DNA of 63,759 nucleotides, filler included, from Dicyema japonicum (Eukaryota; Animalia; Dicyemida), in NCBI GenBank assembly GCA_011109175.1. It is 11 parts of 11 records of this genome, joined end to end, with 100 filler letters (N's around TTAATTAATTAA, not from the genome) between each part and the next. Parts side by side here need not be neighbours in the genome. Positions count along the whole stretch, not along the records: positions 52,257 to 56,905 come from RDEW01000012.1; positions 57,006 to 60,043 come from RDEW01000349.1; positions 60,144 to 62,522 come from RDEW01000272.1; positions 62,623 to 63,759 come from RDEW01000091.1; 7 more parts are not named here. The stretch is one strand, 5' to 3'. The translations under genes were made by a program, and so were the position numbers. The notes beneath the pieces were generated by a model. It saw only the letters and a program-made list of their open reading frames with translations, ran no database searches and was not told where the DNA came from. Shown here one piece after another: positions 52,490 to 63,759 of this stretch. Numbering within the stretch: the first letter of the stretch is position 1; each line of letters begins with the position of its first letter.

Positions 52490-52830
52490 GGCGCTCACCC
52501 GACCTAGCTCCTGCGGAGGGTCTGTTTCATCAAACAACTATAAGTTTATGTAGATATATTAAACGACTTGGTTTGATGTAAACCTATTCTAACGCCTGTT
52601 GATAAACGATGTTTATCGTCCGTTCTTACTTGGAATATATGAATAAAGTTTCTCTTCTGCCAAGTCTCGAGCATCCCACATACAGCTGTCCATGTGAAAA
52701 GCACGCGCTTTCTAAAAATAAGCCAACTACCTTTAATGACTGTCCCTCGGCCTTGTTTATTGTCATCGCAAAACCCATCTTCAACGGAAATTGCAGGCTT
52801 TTAAATCTAAACAATAATTTATCAGAAATA
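52490..52830 (-). mobile_element. 3' end of an autonomous-type Helitron (PIF1 helicase C-terminus)
   Basis: QFPLKMGFAMTINKAEGQSLKVVGLFLESACFSHGQLYVGCSR..NIVYQQALE*. Confidence 0.92.
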
Positions 52831-52849
52831 ATAGATTACAAACACATTA

Positions 52850-53250
52850 AAGAGACCACATAACCACGATCGCTAGATTTCTATATTTGAAGTATAACTG
52901 GAATCCAACTCGAGTTGATATCAAAGCTCTCAGGAAAACGCAGGAGAAGTGTCTTTTTAAATCGATCGCAAAAAACCGCTCCATTCTACTGTACTTAAAA
53001 GTTATGAGAATGTTAATATTGATGAATCTTCTCAATGGCTTATAAAAGGAAATAACAGCCCAAGATGTGAAGCCTTGTATTGTTTGCTGCAGAATAGAAA
53101 TTTATTTTTTAATGCAAAAGAATCAACATTTAATCACTGTAACAAGGCCAGGAAATCTGTTGATAATCTTTCCACACGATGTAACAGACAGTGACTACAT
53201 GAGAAGACATAACGAATTTTCATGCAGAACTACGGTTAAATTTCTTGCAG
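52850..53250 (+). mobile_element. R4-like fragment (zinc-knuckle/RHN region)
   Basis: SQWLIKGNNSPRCEALYCLLQNRN..SVDNLSTRC..DYMRRHNE. Confidence 0.7.
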
Positions 53251-53314
53251 AAAAAAAGATAAATGAGTTGACAAAATTATTAACGTATTAAAATTTATTT
53301 TTTAACTTTTAGAA

Positions 53315-54130
53315 ACGAAAAGATTTTTATAATAATTGATGAAACAGATATCCGAAGGAAAAGTTTTGTAGTGATTCTAATTGGGAGCATTCGCTTTCCA
53401 ACAAAATCCTATTTGGTTGAATGCAAACCACTGGAAAATCATGCCAATGCTGCTATCATCTGCCAAATAATAGATGACGTCATTAGAGAAATGAAGATTA
53501 TTCGTGACAATTTTTATCTATTAATTTCAGATGCCGCCCGGAAATAGATGGCTTAATTGCAAGTATTAAAGCTGCCACAGTAAAAAACCGAAAACATCGT
53601 AATTTGTTCAAGGATGTTGGATACCCACCTGATGTGGTAATTACTAGGTATTCTTTTTCTTAATTTATGCAGATGGAGAAGTTGGTTTAAAGCAGCGAAA
53701 TATTATTTCATGAATTCTTAAATAATTTGTGAAATTGTTAACGCATTTCAGGCAGACGGAGTTTTAGTATGAAATGCTAAACACCATGTAAATAATCCCG
53801 ATATTAAGTTGAAATTGGCTGAGATCATATCCAATTATTCACAAATAATAGATCTTCTTAAAGTTTCGGAATGTTGCGACTATTCAATCAATCGGGCATA
53901 TTAGGACATAGCAGGACTACTAAAAATTATATGAATAAAAGAATGGAGGAAAATGGATTTAAATCTATTATTAAAAGGACTGAATCGAAAATTAGCCCAC
54001 AAGATTATTTTTTACTTTCACGCTGTCAGGCATCTTCTGCATCTGTTGAAAGAGCTATTAAAATGCTGAAAAAATATTTTAAAAAAAGATAGGAACTTCC
54101 ATCCAGACAATATCAAGCATTACTTCTTCC
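53315..54130 (+). mobile_element. Degenerate hAT-like (CGGBP1/DUF659-type) transposase
   Basis: IIDETD, LLISDAA, PPDVVITR, SWFKAA.YY, SSASVERA..RNF. Confidence 0.6.
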
Positions 54131-54624
54131 ATCCAGACAATATCAAGTGCTAGAAACAATTTTCCCTACTGATAAGCTTTTTGCGCCTCACCAATTGGAA
54201 ACCTCTGCCCTATAGTATTGCAGTTATTTAGCCAAAAAACCAAACTTCTGGAATTTTTTAAAGCTTTGCCTCCTTTAAAACCCTTTTCAGGTTATCTAAT
54301 TTTATTTTCAATCTTGTTATTCGTGCATCCATAGTTTTTATTCTTTCAATTTTTTTCAAAATTTACACTTAATAAAATGAATTTTGTCATTTTAATCGTA
54401 TATTTTCTCCACATAGGCAAAATATCATATAAATAATTATTTTAATTGGTTATTCTTATGGATAGAAACAATATTTTTCAAAAATTCTTATGATGCTAAT
54501 AAGTAATGCAATTATTATTTCGATCAAATAAAATAATCCTATTAAATTATTTCAATAATTCAATATTTAATGACTTTAAAACCTGTTTTTGCTCGTTTTA
54601 TTTATTTTTTCCACTAGTATTTTA

Positions 54625-56579
54625 ATGAACACTAAAAATAACGTTATAACATTGATTTTCTTATTTTCTATCTCTCACCAAAATAAGTTGCTTGAAATGG
54701 AATTCTGTCATCAGACAATTTCTGAATTTGTTAATAAGGAAAATGATTTTTTCGATGAAATGTTAAACAAAAAGGAAGGAAATTCTAATGGTTTGTTTTA
54801 TTTTTTAAATCATGATTGTTAATCAGGCGACTTAAATTGTCCAACATTTGAGAGTGGATTTTCATGCTGTACAGCTAAAATAGAGGCTTCATATCTACAA
54901 ACTACTCATAAAATGCTTCAAACAGAACTTGGAGATAATTTCAAAGAATTATATGGAATTTTTAATTCCAGTTATTCAGTTTTGTGGAGTAAGAATTTAA
55001 CAATGTATATAATAGTGCATCATCGAATTTCAACACTGAAAACATTTGTGACTATATTTGAAGAGCTACAATTTGTCGTGAATCGTGAGTTGGCAATTGA
55101 AATGGCGAATTTGATAATTAGACCGTTTTTAATTCGATTTTTACTTTATATTTCTGGAAATGAGGTTATATTTATAATTTTAGTATCATTCTATATTTTG
55201 AATAACTAATTTTATAGACTCCTGAAAATTTTCTGAATGCAATTCACGAATTTCCTCAACAAATTGTAGATTTCAATAAACGAACATTCTCTGAAAATAT
55301 CGTACAAAATGACACCCCGTGTCTTGATATGAACAATTTTGATGAAATAGTGAAAAATGATGAAATATTTGCTAATTTCAGTAAACATTTGTTATCGAGT
55401 ACAAATATAACTAGGTTTTTTATAGTTATTTATATTAGAACATTGATAAATAATTTCCAAAAAATTGCAATTTTAAGCGAGTCAATATTAATTGAAAGTG
55501 AAAAAAGAGCAATCCATATTAGTAAACTACTGCATTGTAGAAAATGTCTCGGGGCAAATTCAGTTAAACTTTGTAGAAATTTTTGTCACCAAACCATTTC
55601 AAGATATTTTCAAGACTATGTTTATTGTATTAAAAGGTATAATTCTAACTATTTTAATTATTGATAGTTTATTTGAATACTCAGCAACAGTAGAACAATT
55701 TTTGTTGATACACGGTGTAGATGAAATGACCAAACCATTAAAAGATCTTTCTAAATTTATAGTGAAATGGCAACAAAATATTGTCACAGAAATACCTCAG
55801 AAAATTACTGTAAATTATTAGAAAATAATTTACTAAAATAAATTAGTTATGTAAAAAAAGTAAAATGTTGGATGATGAATCTGAAAATGAAAATAATCTA
55901 ATTTCAAACATTAAAAAAGAATTAAATATGGATTTTTTAAATATTCTAAAAAATAAAAATCCTCTTAATGATTTGATGCAAAGCGAAAATGATCATTCAG
56001 CGACCTCGTCTTCAACATTAAATGACTTTAAAATGAAGGCATTTCGTTCATGCAAATTATTATCACGTCTAACCGATAAAATATGTATGGATCATGTAGA
56101 GACAAATCAATCAAAGAGATGTTGGAACAATCAATCTTATAATCAGTAATAATTTAATTCTTTTTTACTTAGATATGGAATCAGGTCAGGTGAGGATGAA
56201 AATGAGAAAAAGCTATACAACTTAGAAACTAAATTTATAAAAGATTTAACAGAAGAAATTACTCATTCCATAAATGTATTAAAAAATTAGATGTATAAAA
56301 TTTAGATATTGAATAAAACCGTTTCTAGAAAATATTCCAAAAATATAAAAGCAAATGAATATATATGTGGAGATTTAAGTTCTGATAAAATCTTTTCGAC
56401 AAAGTATAAACAAGAAACTATAACAAATATAACAATAAATATCAAAAAGACAGAATTTCAAGAACAAATAAAAACGTAAGATTTTTACGTGTAAGAGTGA
56501 TAGGGATAAATATGAAACAGGATCGTCGAATAGCGTCATTCTAGTAATTTTAATTTTCAATTTAATTTTAATCAATTGA
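54625..56579 (+). CDS. Glypican (divergent), with signal peptide and GPI-signal-like C-terminus
   Basis: C..LNCPTFESGFSCCTAKIE; HCRKCLG..KLCRNFC; L..KIC..RCWN..Y; ends TGSSNSVILVILIFNLILIN* after a 28-nt intron. Confidence 0.88.
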
Positions 56580-57005
56580 TTGATATACAGAATTTCAAGA
56601 ACAAATAAAAACGTAAGATTTTTACGTGTAAGAGTGATAGGGATAAATATGAAACAGGATCGTCGAATAGCGTCATTCTAGTAATTTTAATTTTCAATTT
56701 AATTTTAATCAATTGATTGATATGATTGTCTTGTTTTTATTTTATTTTTTGAATTTGATTTTAATTCCATTTGATTTTAATTCCATTTAACTTATTTTTT
56801 TCACCTATGACAGGTCCTCAGTTTTGAGTGAAAAATTTGATATTTGGTGAGGATGGTGGAAATGAGTCAGAGTGTTCGTATAATTAATCAGTGTCTTGAT
56901 AAAATNNNNNNNNNNNNNNNNNNNNNNNNNNNNNNNNNNNNNNNNNNNNTTAATTAATTAANNNNNNNNNNNNNNNNNNNNNNNNNNNNNNNNNNNNNNN
57001 NNNNN

Positions 57006-60042
<3,037 letters not shown>

Positions 60043-61229
60043 ANNNNNNNNNNNNNNNNNNNNNNNNNNNNNNNNNNNNNNNNNNNNTTAATTAATTAAN
60101 NNNNNNNNNNNNNNNNNNNNNNNNNNNNNNNNNNNNNNNNNNNTTGGTTTTAATTTTAATTTTATTTTAAAGTTAAAGAAATTGTGTTAAATAGTAACTT
60201 CAATTTAGAAAACTCTGGAAATATTATTAATGTGTCACCGTCTGATTCTCGATGTTGCTCTTTAATAAAATAATATACGCTAATAATCCATGATTAACTT
60301 TTTTAATGCGACTTTTACTTTAATAAAATATATAAATAGAAACAAAAAAATTAGAATTTGAGGCTGCCGCCCTATGTGGATATTCCTCCTCTGGATTTTG
60401 AGGGAAATATTTTAATAACCCGTCATCATTTATTTTCTTTTATTTATTTTAATAATCCGGGTATTGTCAAGTAAACAACTAATTATCTTTATCAATTACT
60501 AAAAACCACAATCATTAAGTTTATCCCTTTTAAGGCTAATGTAAAGCAGCTTTAAGGTCAGTTTATTTCGTGTTTAAGTGATGCTACTTGTTGTGATGCG
60601 ACTTTATTTATTATTTACCGCGATGTCTTTTTTAGTCATATAACTTTTTTTAATTGTTATAAATACAAAAAGTTTTTAAGTTCAAATAATACAAATCTTA
60701 TCTATAAAAAGTATTCATAGATATTATTTTTCTTTATCGAAAGTATTAATCCCGGTTATTTTTTCAAATATTGAATTAATTGATTTTCTGACCAAGACAT
60801 GGATTTTAGCAAATTGGTTGGTTTAATATTTGAATTTTCAGATTGTGGTAATATTTATGAAACATTAAATCAGATCAATTTAATTTAACTTAATTTATTA
60901 ACACTGAAACCACAAGAAAGGAGATATCATCTAAATTAAGTGATCCCGGTGTCGATACCAGGCTTTCTCCTGCGATTAGTTTTTTTTAAGTTCTGGAATA
61001 ATCTCAACAAGAGGAAGATTTTTTTCGTATTTTGGATAGGCTTACTGCAGATGTAGTTTGACTTCCGGCCCAAGGAGATTTTCAGGAGCTTTTGCCAAAT
61101 CAGATCAATAAAAATAAATTCACCAAAAGTTATTTTTAATATTTAAATTATTTGAAATTTTACAGTTAAAAGAATTCTTCTTGTTGTTTGATAATTGTTA
61201 ATCATTTTAACTTTCTTATTAAAGGAGTC

Positions 61230-62147
61230 ATGACTGTGGTTTCAAATACTCAAGATATTAATAAACAAAATAAAGATTGCAAGCGATCACGAATACCATT
61301 TGAAAGTGAAAAGCAGAAAAACAAACCCAAACGGCATGGAAATTCGAAATCATACTCGGATCATAGACACATTGTTAAAGTCTTTTAAATTATTCAAGTC
61401 CTCGTATAAAGAAAAACAATTTGAACTAGCATTGCGTTCAATTTCTTTGATGATTGTTCCCATGAAAACAGATGGTGCTTGTTTGTTTCGCTCAGTCGGT
61501 TCCAAGTCTTTATAAAATAATTTAGCACATCAAGTTTACGGGAATGCTGATGAACATTCAATAGTTAGAAGTGAGTGTATTAATTATATGGTATTTTTCG
61601 ATTAATTTTTAGAGAAGGAATCATTTATATTTTTCTAACTTTATTGCATCAGATTTTGAGTCTTATGTATCTAAACTTAGCAACCCGGAGACATTTGGCG
61701 ATCATGTTGAACTCCAAGCAATATCTGAAATGTATAATCGTCCAATTGAAATTTATCAATATTCAATAAGTTGACAACTTTTTTTGTACTTTTATAGACC
61801 CTATAAAAATTAGTGGTCTTTCAGCTGAGATGCCAAATGATTTACCAATAAGGTTAAGTTATCATTTCGGAAATCACTATAATTCTCTCATAACTATGCC
61901 CATTTTATGGAATAAGTTTCAAAATCGTATATCTAACAAGGTCACAACTGAATGTGATTCGATAAATGACTTTTCAAGTAAAAATATTTTTATTCATAAT
62001 TTAGATAAGTTAAGAGAAAATGTTTCTAATCCAATTCCCAAAGAAAGGTTTCGTAGTCGTTCCTTATCAGAAAATTCTTTGTTCCCAAAAAACAAAAGGA
62101 AGAGTTATTTGAAGCCGTTTAAATATTCGAACTATTATAGTGATTAA
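61230..62147 (+). CDS. OTUD5: OTU deubiquitinase OTUD5/DUBA-like
   Basis: MKTDGACLFRSV-AHQVYG..VRSECINYM..FGDHVELQAISEMYNRPIEIYQYS..PIRLSYHFGNHYNSL; catalytic Cys/His intact; introns of 19, 27, 22 and ~28 nt. Confidence 0.93.
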
Positions 62148-62857
62148 AATGATTGTTTTAGTTATGTATTCTAGATGTTAAACTAATAATTTAAATTTTT
62201 TATATGTTTAAAATGTATGGGATTTCCTGACAGTTTGTAACGACTACTTCTACCTCTGGTGTGGGAAACTCTCTCAAGCCGCTGTACACGCACTTGAAGT
62301 ATGGACTGCCATTCCTGTCTCGGATTGTGCAAAAGAATTCCTCGCGCTATTCGGAACATACTTCAACTATGTTCCAAGAATCTTTTCTACATCTATTCTC
62401 TGAACACCGATCCTCAAGGACTAATCAAATAAAGATTCCTCTTGATTTCCAATACAATCGACGATATAATCTGGTCCTACTCGATAAAGGACTGGGTACG
62501 TCTGTTCAGTTATTCACCGTTCNNNNNNNNNNNNNNNNNNNNNNNNNNNNNNNNNNNNNNNNNNNNTTAATTAATTAANNNNNNNNNNNNNNNNNNNNNN
62601 NNNNNNNNNNNNNNNNNNNNNNATATTTTTGGTTTATTCACTATTAATTACTATTATTAGCACTATCATAGGATTCCTTATCTCCCACCCGTTATACTCT
62701 CCTTTCCAATAATTCTTTCATCATCATCGGTTGCAGGTCTTAATTCTGGGCATATCGGTGTTTCTAATTCTTTCCACACGTTGAAGTAAGAAAAATTGGT
62801 AAGGATATACGGCCATTGAATGCTGTCCATTCCGTAATAAGATTCCATTGCCTTTTA

Positions 62858-63185
62858 GCCGGGTGGCATAGTGGTTAGGTGTCGGGCTTAAGTGGCTTAG
62901 GCTACGGGTTCGAATCTCGCTGCTGTTCACCTGGTGGAAGGTTCCACGCATCTACGATGCAGAAAGGGTTTGACGAGTGACGCCGTCAACAGTGGATACT
63001 CACTGCGGAAGTGGATTGTCTAGAAAGGACACTCACGCAAGAAAAAGAAAAAAAGAAATGAAGATCATTCCTTGGTTCTAAGATTAGTTATAATTAACTG
63101 TTCTTTACTTAAATAAAGTGTGTGTCCTGCCTATGCGGAGCTATAAATAGTATGACTCTCGTGAAAAGGCTTTATTATTATTATT
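62858..63185 (+). mobile_element. Full-length tRNA-derived SINE with TSD
   Basis: A-box TGGCATAGTGG, B-box GGTTCGAATC, (TTA)n tail; flanked by ATTGCCTTTTA (62847-62857) and ATTCCCTTTTA (63183-63193). Confidence 0.85.
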
Positions 63186-63759
63186 CCCTTTTATTGTATG
63201 AGATTAAATTAACGAAAGCAGTTTGTATTTTGGCGGGTCTCACCCGCAGTGGTTACATACCAAGTCATCTTAAATTTGTTGAATACGAAAGCAAAGGAAT
63301 CTTTCTACGAATGATTTTTTTGGGAAGCGTAGGAAGAAGCAAAATGATATCCAATATTCTCAATCAAGTTTTTGTAAATTTTAATGTTCAACTTATCTTC
63401 CAATAATCAGACCTGACAAGTTTGCAGATTAATCAATATAGTTCTCTTTACAAAGTTAAAATTATGCATGACAAACCTGAAAACAGATTTTTGTAAATTT
63501 TAATGTTCAACTTATCTTCCAATAATCAGACCTGACAAGTTTGCAGATTAATCAATATAGTTCTCTTTACAAAGTTAAAATTATGCATGACAAACCTGAA
63601 AACAGACAAACAGTAAAGTTGATTGTAATGATAGCAATTAATTCCCCCAAAACCCAAAAGTAAAGTGTCAAACAACTATAAATTCAACCAACCTGTAGTG
63701 AAATGTGCTAACTGTAGATTGGACCCACAGAGTTCCTTGATTACAGTAAGAAAAGTAGA

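Noticed and set aside
5008-56579. Functional clustering of the TGF-beta receptor and glypican
   Set aside because: They lie on different scaffolds joined by artificial spacers.
62270-62520. DIRS/LTR-type RT remnant (..PRIFS..YIDDII after frameshifts)
   Set aside because: Needs several assumed frameshifts; not supportable without a profile search.
62858-62930. tRNA gene
   Set aside because: A and B boxes are present but there is no proper cloverleaf or acceptor stem; it continues into a repeated body with a tail and TSD, so it is a SINE head.
63200-63759. Possible minus-strand membrane-protein exons (similar hints at 480-1040 and 20560-20900)
   Set aside because: No consistent spliced frame or recognisable family could be built.

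Overview
AT-rich eukaryotic nuclear DNA. It is not one locus: ten artificial 100-bp spacers (44 N + TTAATTAATTAA + 44 N) join about 11 scaffolds, so gene order across spacers is uninformative. The genes are metazoan (glypican, TGF-beta receptor) but carry very small GT-AG introns (about 19-34 nt), which is why the ORF track misses most of them. This points to a genome-reduced parasitic animal such as a dicyemid or myxozoan (inference). Manual splicing gives apparently intact REEP1-4-like, SUB1/PC4, ARHGAP20/TAGAP-like RhoGAP, a TGF-beta type-I-like receptor with a degenerate kinase, a PDI-like protein without CxxC, EMC1, glypican, OTUD5 and one orphan gene. WDR24, KIF21 and a proteasome beta subunit are disrupted. 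Between the gene islands lies dense transposon debris: CRE-like, R4-like, RTE and I/Jockey/Ingi-like non-LTR elements, pogo/Tigger, Helitrons, hAT-like and Ginger2/KRBA2-like fragments, MITEs and a tRNA-derived SINE family. Best leads: the receptor pseudokinase, a SINE with exchangeable tRNA heads on a hairpin-rich core, a LINE with a 2A-like peptide and a possible HDV-ribozyme remnant, a PHD-bearing CRE element and microsporidian-like retrotransposons. Family assignments come from motif recognition by eye, not database searches, and TE boundaries are approximate.
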